Sequence record: PX974237.1
Reading direction: 5' to 3' (one strand)
Source of the DNA: a phage
DNA: 44,742 bases
Part shown: piece after piece, positions 16,145-24,287 of the stretch
Layout of the letters: every line of letters starts with the position of its first letter
Position numbering within the stretch: the first letter of the stretch is position 1
Program-made: the position numbers and the translations under genes
Notes under the pieces: model-generated
What the model saw: the letters and a program-made list of their open reading frames with translations, nothing else
Told to the model about the DNA's origin: nothing
Database searches by the model: none

Positions 16145-16170
16145 AGGCCCCGCTAGGGGCCTTAGTTTTA
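16145..16170. terminator. Bidirectional hairpin terminator between portal (+) and KilA-N gene (-)
   Basis: aggcccc-gcta-ggggcct flanked by T-rich sequence on both strands. Confidence 0.5.
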
Positions 16171-16821
16171 ACGTATATTAGCCGCACATTTACGCACAAC
16201 CCGAGGTATCGCCTCTTTCAGTTCACCCCATGTATTAACGGCCTCCATGTCAAGAAGCGTCACCAGAGCTTTCTGGATGTCACTTCGCAACTGATTGGTC
16301 TTCGCATCCTGAGAGTCCCATGTATCGAAACCCGTTACGTCGCGGATATCTACGGATTCCTTTACCGCTTTAGCCACCTGTATGAAGTGCCCACTGTGGC
16401 CAATTCTTCCCTCCGTGCGCTCGATCATTCGACTAACGGCAGCGTTAAGCTCGACAAAGCTCACCGCGCCAATGTTTCGTAGTTCTACCTGCCGTTGTGT
16501 GATAAAGCGGTCGATAACGAGGAAATGGAAATAGGCGCTGTATTGCTCAGCAATATATACTGCCAGATGGAGACATGCAAAGGTGCGACCGTTTCGGCCT
16601 TTCGTCGCCCTTATGGCATTCTCGATTCCGAGTTGTTTTTCGCATTCCTCCTTGAAAATCTTGAAGCCATCCGTTGCCATGACCTGGCGAAGCTCTCTGG
16701 TCCCCATGCCGTTGTCTAAACGCCAACGGTTCATCTGGTCAACCAGCTCGTTTACGTTAATAAAGTTTTCACGGTCAAAAGTGATTTCTCCATAAGGGAA
16801 CTCTAATGTTTGCAGTTTCAT
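16168..16821 (-). CDS. KilA-N domain protein
   Basis: 217 aa; N-terminal FINVNELV...GTRELR...RTFACLHLAVYIAEQYSAYFHFLV fits the KilA-N/APSES pattern; AGGAGAAA RBS. Confidence 0.6.
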   Translation of the reverse strand: MKLQTLEFPYGEITFDRENFINVNELVDQMNRWRLDNGMGTRELRQVMATDGFKIFKEECEKQLGIENAIRATKGRNGRTFACLHLAVYIAEQYSAYFHFLVIDRFITQRQVELRNIGAVSFVELNAAVSRMIERTEGRIGHSGHFIQVAKAVKESVDIRDVTGFDTWDSQDAKTNQLRSDIQKALVTLLDMEAVNTWGELKEAIPRVVRKCAANIR

Positions 16822-16848
16822 GTGTATTTCTCCTGTTTAAGTGTACGT

Positions 16849-16878
16849 TTAAATTCTACATTCAAATGTAGAATTTAA
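16849..16878. promoter_or_regulatory. 30-bp perfect palindrome (candidate operator) in the KilA-N promoter region
   Basis: ttaaattctacatt-ca-aatgtagaatttaa; overlaps a TTGATT-18-TAGAAT minus-strand promoter. Confidence 0.55.
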
Positions 16879-16963
16879 TCAAGCTCTTTTTAACCTTAAA
16901 TGTGTATGATTATGCCAATACGTTACCGACTGATATGATTGTCATATCGAAACAGGAGGGTAT

Positions 16964-18007
16964 ATGAGCTTACTGACATCACTAATCAGCCACCAGATTT
17001 GGCTGCAACGCACCGCATCTGGTGAAGTGAAAGACTTAGCACCGTTCATTCAGGAGATGCGGGACGAAATAAAACGGCAGGTGCTGTTATTCGGTGACGA
17101 CGGTCGCAGCACTGCGCGACTGAATAAACTGTTACGCGACCTGGAAGAAGCACTAACCGGTATTACGGGCGGCTGGCAGACAAAGCTGACAGAAGACCTT
17201 AAGGAACTGGCGGCGTATGAGGCTGAGTGGAACGTAAAGACACTGACCGCCAACGTAGACGCGGAATTTGTTACGCCTACCGCTGAGCAGGTATGGGCCG
17301 CTGCCGAGTTTCAACCATTATCATTGAGCGACAAGCCCGTTGATTTCACCAAGCTGATGTCTGGATGGGGTGAAACGGAAGTAGCACGTCTTGTAACTGG
17401 AGTTAAGATGGGCTTTGTGCAAGGTCAAACCACACGGCAGATTGTTAAGAATGTTGTTGGCGCTGGTGGACTAGCCGACATCTCAGAACGTAACGCGACT
17501 ACGGTAATCCGCACCGCGCTGTCCCACGTATCCAACGAGGCCCGTAACGAGACGTACCGCCAGAACGACGACATCATCGAGAAATATGAGTGGGTGTCAA
17601 CTTTGGACAGCCGTACCAGCACGATTTGCAGGGCCAGAGACGGAATGACGTGGGAAATCGGTAAAGGTCCGATGCCACCAGCCCATCCTAATTGCCGGTC
17701 GTGCACGGCTCCGGTAATCAGTTCCGAGTTCGACTTCCTCGATAAAGGCGCAAAACGCGCGGCTAAAGGCGCGGAAGGTGGCACTCAGGTAAGCGCAGAC
17801 ACCACTTACTACGAGTTCCTTAAACAACAACCGGCGTGGTTTCAGGACCAGGCGCTCGGCCCGGTGCGAGGTAAGATTTTCCGTAACAGCGGTATATCGC
17901 CGGAAGAGTTTCGCGTAATATCTGTAGATGGTTTCGGGAATCCGCTCACGCTTAAGCAGATGGCGGAACTCGATAAACGTGTTGCTGATTATCTGAAAGG
18001 GGAATAA
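16964..18007 (+). CDS. Head morphogenesis protein (Mu F / SPP1 gp7-like minor head protein)
   Basis: 347 aa; WVSTLDSRTSTICRARDGMTWEIGKGPMPPAHPNCRSC segment typical of the Mu F family; located after portal. Confidence 0.6.
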   Translation: MSLLTSLISHQIWLQRTASGEVKDLAPFIQEMRDEIKRQVLLFGDDGRSTARLNKLLRDLEEALTGITGGWQTKLTEDLKELAAYEAEWNVKTLTANVDAEFVTPTAEQVWAAAEFQPLSLSDKPVDFTKLMSGWGETEVARLVTGVKMGFVQGQTTRQIVKNVVGAGGLADISERNATTVIRTALSHVSNEARNETYRQNDDIIEKYEWVSTLDSRTSTICRARDGMTWEIGKGPMPPAHPNCRSCTAPVISSEFDFLDKGAKRAAKGAEGGTQVSADTTYYEFLKQQPAWFQDQALGPVRGKIFRNSGISPEEFRVISVDGFGNPLTLKQMAELDKRVADYLKGE

Positions 18008-18468
18008 TGATGGGCTTTTTCAAAGTAACTGACGTACCGTCTCGTCGCGTAGTCCAGTACGCCCGCGTGTCTGGCTCTGGCGAGAACGTGGTATTTATTG
18101 GGGACGAAAGTGTACTCGGTACACCGGTAGATGATATGCCGTTTGCAGATAAAACCGGTATTGCGTTGCCCGCCGCCGGTATGCTTTATGAAATTCCGTA
18201 TCTGGCGGACGCTGGCGACGTGTATTTCTCTGCGCAACCGCAGGACGCTGAACTGGCGGGCGGCAGCGCAACCATCACTGTCGAGGTTAAGGCAGGCAAA
18301 GCGCCGTATTCTCTGACCTGGTACAAAGACGGTAAGGAAGTGGTGAATGCGCCTGAGGAGGCTCTGTCTCTGACGGTTAATGCGGTCGGCGAATACTTCG
18401 TTAAAGTTACTGATGCCGATGGGGTAGAGGCCGTCAGTAAAGCGGCGAAGGTTACTAAGCCGGAATGA
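18007..18468 (+). CDS. Ig-like domain structural protein
   Basis: 153 aa; C-terminal ATITVEVKAGKAPYSLTWYKDGKEV...YFVKVTDADG resembles a bacterial Ig-like fold. Confidence 0.45.
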   Translation: MMGFFKVTDVPSRRVVQYARVSGSGENVVFIGDESVLGTPVDDMPFADKTGIALPAAGMLYEIPYLADAGDVYFSAQPQDAELAGGSATITVEVKAGKAPYSLTWYKDGKEVVNAPEEALSLTVNAVGEYFVKVTDADGVEAVSKAAKVTKPE

Positions 18469-18493
18469 TAAAAAGCCGGAATGATAAAAAGCC
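18462..18493. repeat. Tandem 16-bp direct repeat (gccggaatgataaaaa x2) across a stop codon
   Basis: Exact duplication seen at 18462-18477 and 18478-18493. Confidence 0.9.
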
Positions 18494-18516
18494 CCGCTAT
18501 GGGGCTTTATTTTTAT
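18486..18516. terminator. Bidirectional rho-independent terminator
   Basis: agcccc-gctat-ggggct with T runs on both sides. Confidence 0.7.
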
Positions 18517-18580
18517 ATGAACATCGCGGTGATAGCCGCAGCAGATACCCACAAAACAAAATAAAACATCACACTATTTG

Positions 18581-18925
18581 TCATTTGCATTTCTCGTCGT
18601 ATGTTTGTTGTAACTGCGACAGACGATTACCGGCTGTCATCTCGTCCATAGAAGGCCCGGCGCCCGTGTCCATAAAGAACAGCGGAACAATCAGGAATGC
18701 GCCTGTAACACCGAGTACAACGTTAGTACCTATTTGCTTATTAACACGGTGCGTAGCGTTGGCTTGAGCTTGTTTTGTCGTGGCGATTCTCGATAGTAAC
18801 TGATTACATGTTGCCGTTGTATCCCCTGCCTGATAAACCTGTAAAGCCGGGTCTGGCAACGACCTTACGCAACCACTCAAACAAACGGCTACAACACCTG
18901 CTACTGCTAATTTAATATATTTCAT
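18581..18925 (-). CDS. Lipoprotein (signal peptide plus lipobox LSGC), possible superinfection-exclusion or envelope moron
   Basis: 114 aa; MKYIKLAVAGVVAVCLSGC signal and lipobox; second hydrophobic segment VVLGVTGAFLIVPLFF. Confidence 0.6.
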   Translation of the reverse strand: MKYIKLAVAGVVAVCLSGCVRSLPDPALQVYQAGDTTATCNQLLSRIATTKQAQANATHRVNKQIGTNVVLGVTGAFLIVPLFFMDTGAGPSMDEMTAGNRLSQLQQTYDEKCK

Positions 18926-19023
18926 AGTTCACCATTACCCGTGTCAATGTCACCAATACCGCTACAAGCCCAAAGAAACATCACCGCATCAACTGCAATT
19001 ACTACTGAAATAACGACTAACAT
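18922..19023 (-). CDS. Small single-pass membrane peptide (33 aa), coupled to the lipoprotein
   Basis: ATG with GGGGAGG RBS 5 nt upstream; MLVVISVVIAVDAVMFLWACSG...; stop overlaps lipoprotein ATG. Confidence 0.35.
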   Translation of the reverse strand: MLVVISVVIAVDAVMFLWACSGIGDIDTGNGEL

Positions 19024-19050
19024 GACGGCCTCCCCGGTTCGATAGAATGA

Positions 19051-19079
19051 ATAGTACCCTATTATATTGGGGTGCGCAA
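19051..19079 (-). promoter_or_regulatory. Early-family promoter (TTGCGC-17-TACTAT) driving the membrane peptide and lipoprotein
   Basis: Minus-strand -35 at 19079-19074, -10 at 19056-19051; spacer accccaatataataggg nearly identical to promoter at 7504-7532. Confidence 0.55.
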
Positions 19080-19145
19080 ACTATTTGTTTATGTATTCCG
19101 GTTATTCCACTCAATTGTAAATGTTGGAATAAACTATTCGAATAG

Positions 19146-19174
19146 TTGACTTTTCACCAAAAATGTGCTAAGCT
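19146..19174 (+). promoter_or_regulatory. Candidate promoter (TTGACT-17-TAAGCT with TG extended -10)
   Basis: TTGACT 19146-19151; TGcTAAGCT 19166-19174. Confidence 0.35.
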
Positions 19175-19354
19175 CCACCTGAGCTTGTGAAGTATGAACA
19201 AGCGACCGCGGCGCGGGCAGGTAACGGAGCGGGACGTAAGTCCTGAGTGTAGTTACGCTGACGCGTTCGGAAGGGCCATACTCTATTGCTTGTGTAAAAA
19301 GTAACTGGTTTACTGAGATTACGCCGTTTCTATGTTTAAATGATAAGGACTAGC

Positions 19355-19381
19355 GCCCCGCTTTAAGGCGGGGCTTTACTT
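19355..19381 (+). terminator. GC-rich hairpin with weak T tract just upstream of the spanin RBS (terminator or attenuator)
   Basis: gccccgc-tttaag-gcggggc followed by tttactt. Confidence 0.35.
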
Positions 19382-19398
19382 ATCGAGAAAGGAGAAAC

Positions 19399-19785
19399 AT
19401 GAATCTTAAAGCAACCGTCGTAGCAGGAGCATGTTTCATCATCCTGGCTTACACACACGGCATTTATCAGTACCGCAGCGGCTGGAGCGAAGGCCGGGCG
19501 AATCTCGTTTCGCAGCAACAGCAGAAAGCGCAGGCCGAGTTAGCGAAGAAAACACAACGGCAGCAGCAGGACGAATCAAAGGCCGCCGCCGCCGACAACG
19601 AAGGCAAGACGAAATCAGAGGTGATTACCCGTGAAGTCGTTAAATACATTAAAACGCCAGGTCGCAGCGTGTGCACTTTCGACGATGCTCGCGTCCTGCT
19701 CAAGTCCCACGCCGTCGCAAACGCTAATTCCATTACCGGATACGACGATGATGCAGCCTCCGTGCAAACTGGCAGCTCCAAGTAG
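19399..19785 (+). CDS. i-spanin (Rz-like)
   Basis: 128 aa; N-terminal transmembrane segment, Gln/Ala-rich coiled coil; contains an overlapping lipoprotein ORF in the +1 frame. Confidence 0.55.
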   Translation: MNLKATVVAGACFIILAYTHGIYQYRSGWSEGRANLVSQQQQKAQAELAKKTQRQQQDESKAAAADNEGKTKSEVITREVVKYIKTPGRSVCTFDDARVLLKSHAVANANSITGYDDDAASVQTGSSK

Positions 19786-19894
19786 CGACGCTGACGAGGA
19801 TTTAGCTATCGACGTTCAGAACGCTGAATGCGTACGGCAACTGAGACTGAAAGTGTTCATGTTGCAGGATTACGTGAGGAATATTCTGGAATAG
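19631..19894 (+). CDS. o-spanin (Rz1-like lipoprotein) overlapping the i-spanin gene
   Basis: GTG start with GAGGTGA RBS; signal peptide and lipobox LASC followed by Pro-rich segment; embedded in and extending past 19399..19785. Confidence 0.5.
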   Translation: MKSLNTLKRQVAACALSTMLASCSSPTPSQTLIPLPDTTMMQPPCKLAAPSSDADEDLAIDVQNAECVRQLRLKVFMLQDYVRNILE

Positions 19895-19976
19895 TTGCCT
19901 TGCATGTTGGAATAATTTATTCTTGACATGTAAATCCGGGTGGCCCGGGTTCCAACGTCCAGGGGACATACTGACT

Positions 19977-20678
19977 ATGAATCGTTTTTTACGTTATCCG
20001 TTCCGGGAAGAAGCTGGGGCAGAAGATAAAGCTGGTGGCGGTGACGCGCCGAAAATGTTCACCGCTGAAGAAGTTCAGGCGCTGATTGAGAAAGAAGTTG
20101 CCGGGCTTAAGGCTAATCAGGAAGCATTGTTGGCGGAGAAGAAAGAAGCCGCTCGCAAAGCAAAAGAGGCCGAAGAAGAACGGCAGCGCGCGCACCAGGA
20201 GGCGTTAAAAGCCGCTGGTAAGATGGATGAGTTCGAAAAGACGATTCGTAGCCAGTATGACCCGGTGTTAGCCGAGAAAGACGGTCGCATCTCCAGAATG
20301 GCAGAGCGTATCCTCGGCAGCGAACGTAAAGCGGTGCTAGGCTCTTTCGCGGGTGACTTTATTACCCCAGAAGCAGTGGACATTCTTGCGCCGTTCGTTA
20401 AGACTGAGTTCGAAGGCGATGATGTGGTTACTAAGTTTGTTGGTGCAGACGGTAACGTAATCACGACTGACCCGGAACAGTTCCGCAAATACCTGCGCGA
20501 ACACAAGGCGTTTTCGCATTTGATCAAAGCAAATGCAGCTTCCGGCGGCGGGGCTTCCGGTAGCAAAGGCGGCGGGGCCGCACCAGCGTTTAAAGACATG
20601 AGTGAAGCAGAGCGTTTAGCCCTGTATAAATCGAACCCTGCCGAATTTGAACGGCAACTTAAAGCCCTGAGGAAATAA
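19977..20678 (+). CDS. Scaffolding protein
   Basis: Start placed at ATG 19977; Ala/Glu/Lys-rich coiled-coil protein immediately upstream of major capsid gene. Confidence 0.55.
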   Translation: MNRFLRYPFREEAGAEDKAGGGDAPKMFTAEEVQALIEKEVAGLKANQEALLAEKKEAARKAKEAEEERQRAHQEALKAAGKMDEFEKTIRSQYDPVLAEKDGRISRMAERILGSERKAVLGSFAGDFITPEAVDILAPFVKTEFEGDDVVTKFVGADGNVITTDPEQFRKYLREHKAFSHLIKANAASGGGASGSKGGGAAPAFKDMSEAERLALYKSNPAEFERQLKALRK

Positions 20679-20680
20679 TA

Positions 20681-21730
20681 ATGGCAATTACCACTATCGG
20701 CGATATCGTAACTGGCAACATCCCGGTCCTGGCGTCTTATATGACCGAGGACCCGGTAGAAAAAACCGCGTTCTTCCAGTCTGGTATTCTCACCCCGACC
20801 CCATACGCCGCCGAGATTGCCCGCGGCCCGTCCAACGTCGCTAATATTCCTTTCTGGAAAGCGATTGATACCTCTATCGAGCCGAACTACTCGAACGACG
20901 TATACCAGGACATCGCCACCCCGCGTAACGTGCAGACCGGCGAGATGATGGCGCGCGTTGCGTACCTGAACGAAGGTTTCGGTCAGGCGGATTTGACCGT
21001 TGAACTGACCAGCCAGAACCCGCTGCAATCCGTAGCGTCACGTCTGGATAACTTCTGGCAGCGTCAGGCACAACGCCGTCTGATTGCTACCGCGCTCGGG
21101 CTGTACAATGACAACGTAGCCGCTACCGACGCATACCACGAGCAGAATGACATGGTAATCGACGTGTCTGCTACTCTGGGCTTCGATGCGGGCGCGTTCA
21201 TCGACGCTACCCAGACTATGGGCGATGCTCTGATGGGCAACGGCGGTGAAGTGCTGGGGGCTATCGCGATGCATAGCTTCGTTTATGCGCAGGCACGTAA
21301 GCAGCAGCTTATCGACTTCATCCGTGACGCGGACAACAACACCATGTTCGCCACCTACCAGGGCTACCGCGTGATTGTTGACGACAGCATGACCGTAGTC
21401 GGCACTGGCCCGACCCGTAAGTTCATCTCCATCATCTTCGGCAACGGCGCTATCGGTTACGGTGAAGGTTCTCCGTCCAACCCGCTGGAATACGAGCGCG
21501 AAGCGTCCCGCGGCAACGGCGGCGGCGTTGAAACCCTGTGGACCCGTAAGACCTGGTTGCTACATCCGTTTGGTTACAGCTTCACCAGTGCAGTAATCAC
21601 TGGCAACGGCACCGAGACTACCCCGCGCTCTGCTTCCTGGCAGGACCTGGCGAACGCCTCCAACTGGAACCGTGTGGTTGACCGCAAGCACGTACCGATT
21701 GCCTTCCTGGTAACTGGTGTCGGTGCTTAA
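20681..21730 (+). CDS. Major capsid protein
   Basis: 349 aa ORF after scaffold gene, strong RBS, followed by a strong terminator (partial attenuator typical after capsid genes). Confidence 0.7.
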   Translation: MAITTIGDIVTGNIPVLASYMTEDPVEKTAFFQSGILTPTPYAAEIARGPSNVANIPFWKAIDTSIEPNYSNDVYQDIATPRNVQTGEMMARVAYLNEGFGQADLTVELTSQNPLQSVASRLDNFWQRQAQRRLIATALGLYNDNVAATDAYHEQNDMVIDVSATLGFDAGAFIDATQTMGDALMGNGGEVLGAIAMHSFVYAQARKQQLIDFIRDADNNTMFATYQGYRVIVDDSMTVVGTGPTRKFISIIFGNGAIGYGEGSPSNPLEYEREASRGNGGGVETLWTRKTWLLHPFGYSFTSAVITGNGTETTPRSASWQDLANASNWNRVVDRKHVPIAFLVTGVGA

Positions 21731-21746
21731 GGTTAAGATATAATCG

Positions 21747-21770
21747 AGAGGGACTTCGGTCCCTCTTTTC
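21747..21770 (+). terminator. Rho-independent terminator after capsid gene
   Basis: agagggac-ttcg-gtccctct followed by TTTTC. Confidence 0.6.
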
Positions 21771-21791
21771 ATTTACTAAGAGGATTCCTAA

Positions 21792-22133
21792 ATGGTAGAC
21801 GTATTGAAGCGACGTATCACCGGCGTCTCCGCTGACGCCCCGGGCGCTAAGATTGACATGGCGACTATTTCTCCTGCGTCTTTCTCTTCCGCGCTGGCGG
21901 CTACTACCGCAGTGACCACAGGTGAAACTATGACGCTGACCGTAACGGTAGCCGGTGGTCTGGAGCCATATTCTTACCAGTGGTATAAGAATAACAACGC
22001 CATCGCCGGGGCTACCGCAGCTACCTATGCTAAAGCATCGACCACTGCCGCCGACTCCGGTACGTATAAAGTGGTCGTTCACGATGCATATGGTAATATT
22101 ATCTCCAGCAGCACTGTAGCAACTGTGTCTTAA
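21792..22133 (+). CDS. Ig-like domain protein (candidate capsid decoration protein)
   Basis: 113 aa; MTLTVTVAGGLEPYSYQWYKNNNAIAGATAATY...GTYKVVVHDAYGN Ig-like pattern; follows capsid gene. Confidence 0.5.
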   Translation: MVDVLKRRITGVSADAPGAKIDMATISPASFSSALAATTAVTTGETMTLTVTVAGGLEPYSYQWYKNNNAIAGATAATYAKASTTAADSGTYKVVVHDAYGNIISSSTVATVS

Positions 22134-22169
22134 TACAACGGCCCTTCGGGGCCGTAATAAGGAAAGGTC

Positions 22170-22349
22170 ATGGCAGATAATTACGTAATCCGCGAAAAGT
22201 ACACCCACGTTGATATTGTTGACGGTCAGGTAATGCCGGTTCGCGGTGTTGTAGAAGCGGATGAACTGGTTGCGACTCAACCGGACAACGAAGAAGCGCA
22301 CAACAACGGCGGTGGTACTAAGCGTCGTCGCCGTAAGTCTGAGGAATAG
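22170..22349 (+). CDS. Small protein with basic C-terminus (59 aa)
   Basis: ATG 22170 with AAGGAAAGG RBS; C-terminal KRRRRK. Confidence 0.4.
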   Translation: MADNYVIREKYTHVDIVDGQVMPVRGVVEADELVATQPDNEEAHNNGGGTKRRRRKSEE

Positions 22350-22404
22350 TAATATCTGGCGTAGTTGGTATAATGAATCCATCCTCCATTGAAAAGGGTG
22401 AATC

Positions 22405-23154
22405 ATGAACTACGCCAAAATCTATGAACAGTTAATATCGAACGCAAAAATCAATCCGTTTAGTGGGTATACCGAAAAACATCACATAGTCCCGAAATGC
22501 ATGGGTGGTGGGGATACCTATGACAATATTGTATCTTTGAGCGCTAGACAGCATTTTATTGCGCATTGGCTTCTCTATAAGATACACGGGACTAAAGAAC
22601 TAGCTTTCGCCTGGAGGGTTATGTGTATTAACCCTAAAAACAATCAAAGGTCAAAAGTTAACTCACATTCCTTTAAGTTGGCGAAAGAGGCTTGGGCTAT
22701 AGAGATGTCCAGGTTGAATACTGGTGTTAAATTTTCTGATAAACGTATAGAAAATCTCAGACAAGCACATCTAGGGCAAAAGGCGTGGAATAAAGGAATT
22801 GCTACCGGGGAAACTGCAAGTAGAAAAGCCAGAATAGAGCATTACATGGCAAACCCACAACGATGTGTAACATGCGACCAGCCGATCCCCTACCGTTTTA
22901 AATCACGAGCGCGTAAATATTGCTGCAAGAAATGCCAGTTCGCGGACCCAAATAGAATCGTTGGCAAGGTTAATAGAAAACCTAACTCCGGAAGTTTTAA
23001 GAAGGGCCATACGTTAAAGGGCGAGACTGTCAAGAAAATTTCAGATAAACTTACTGGAATGAAACGCCCGCGCGGGGTATGCCCACATTGCGGAACCGAA
23101 GGGGCGCTATCTCTTCTAAAGAGGTGGCACTTTGATAACTGTAAGAAGGGGTGA
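22405..23154 (+). CDS. HNH homing endonuclease
   Basis: 249 aa; EKHHIVPKCMGGGDTYDNIVSLSARQHFIAHWL HNH motif; AT-rich relative to flanks; own TGgTATAAT extended -10 upstream. Confidence 0.8.
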   Translation: MNYAKIYEQLISNAKINPFSGYTEKHHIVPKCMGGGDTYDNIVSLSARQHFIAHWLLYKIHGTKELAFAWRVMCINPKNNQRSKVNSHSFKLAKEAWAIEMSRLNTGVKFSDKRIENLRQAHLGQKAWNKGIATGETASRKARIEHYMANPQRCVTCDQPIPYRFKSRARKYCCKKCQFADPNRIVGKVNRKPNSGSFKKGHTLKGETVKKISDKLTGMKRPRGVCPHCGTEGALSLLKRWHFDNCKKG

Positions 23155-23157
23155 AAA

Positions 23158-23670
23158 GTGTCCTTAACCGTAGAAACAGGTCAAATTATAGAAGGGGCCG
23201 ATTCGTACATCTCACTGGCTGACGCCCGCGCGTTAGCGGCTAATTACGGTCTTGAGTTACCCGCAGACGATACCGCAGCAGAGGTGGCCTTACGCAACGG
23301 TGCTACTTATGTAGGGCTTGCAGAACCGCAGATGTGCGGTCGTCGAGTATCCGCTGAACAGTCTCTTGCGTATCCACGCACGGGTGTAACGTTGAATGGT
23401 TTCCCAGTAGCTAACAATGCCATTCCGAAACAGGTAATTCTCGCGCAGGTAATCGCCGCTGTTACGTATGGAGCTGGCACTGATGTTCGGGCTAACTCCG
23501 ATGGACGTTCCGTGCAGACCGAGCGTGTAGAGGGTGCGGTAACAGTTACCTACTTCAACAACGGCAACAGCGGAGCCACAACCGCGATTACCGCCGCTGA
23601 CGACGCCTTACGCCCGTTACTGTGTGGTGGTCTTAACAACGGCTTCTCATTTAATGTGTACCGGGGTTAA
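23158..23670 (+). CDS. Head-tail connector or adaptor protein (putative)
   Basis: 170 aa, GTG start with AAGGGG RBS; position between head and tail genes. Confidence 0.45.
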   Translation: MSLTVETGQIIEGADSYISLADARALAANYGLELPADDTAAEVALRNGATYVGLAEPQMCGRRVSAEQSLAYPRTGVTLNGFPVANNAIPKQVILAQVIAAVTYGAGTDVRANSDGRSVQTERVEGAVTVTYFNNGNSGATTAITAADDALRPLLCGGLNNGFSFNVYRG

Positions 23671-23672
23671 AA

Positions 23673-24287
23673 ATGGCGAAGACTAAATCAGAGATGTTTA
23701 CTCTTATCGGCGCAAACCTCCCCGATAACACTACCGGGCTTATTACCCCAGCAGCGTTGCGCGAGGTAATGACACAGATGGCTGACTCACCTATTTACGC
23801 CACTCCAGGTGTTAAAGAGGTTGAAGTTCTCCGTGCCGCGTCTACGGTAACCCAAGCGCCTACCGCGGTAGATACGGCATTGCAGTTAACTTTCGGTGCA
23901 GCTCAGGGTAGTGCATCCGACCCGGTAATGATTAATGCTGCGGGGCTGGTTACATTCAACACCGCCGGTAACTACGCCGTTCGCATCAAGTTACAGGCAG
24001 GCCGCACAGGTGCCAGCGGAACGTCTATCCTGTTATCACGCATTCTTCTGAACGGTGCTCAGTACGGCTCACCTGCCGCCACGAAACTGGTAAGCGCGGA
24101 CACCACAATCCCGATTGAATCTCGCGTTGTTATTAACCCAACAGCAGGCCAGACGTTTGCCGTTCAGATTATGCGGGATAGCGTCGGAACTAACTTCGGT
24201 GGTGTATACCCGCAAGCGGCTACCGTAACCGCATGGGGTACAGCCCCGTCCGCGTTGCTGGTTATTTCGAGACTGGAGGCCGCCTGA
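23673..24287 (+). CDS. Structural protein, neck or head closure (putative)
   Basis: 204 aa ORF in the neck gene block. Confidence 0.45.
   Translation: MAKTKSEMFTLIGANLPDNTTGLITPAALREVMTQMADSPIYATPGVKEVEVLRAASTVTQAPTAVDTALQLTFGAAQGSASDPVMINAAGLVTFNTAGNYAVRIKLQAGRTGASGTSILLSRILLNGAQYGSPAATKLVSADTTIPIESRVVINPTAGQTFAVQIMRDSVGTNFGGVYPQAATVTAWGTAPSALLVISRLEAA

Noticed and set aside
18462-18493. CRISPR-like repeat
   Set aside because: Only two tandem copies of a 16-bp unit with no spacers; no cas genes anywhere in the genome
19182-19381. Possible tRNA in the ORF-less segment upstream of the spanins
   Set aside because: No T-loop GTTCRA motif or cloverleaf-compatible stems could be found by eye; treated only as a candidate leader or sRNA
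20117-21028. 303-aa minus-strand ORF
   Set aside because: Antisense to the scaffold and major capsid genes; Arg/Ser/Ala-rich low-complexity translation typical of a spurious open frame in GC-rich coding sequence
21618-22406. 262-aa minus-strand ORF
   Set aside because: Antisense across capsid 3' end, a terminator and the Ig-like gene; Arg-rich low-complexity translation; no promoter or RBS
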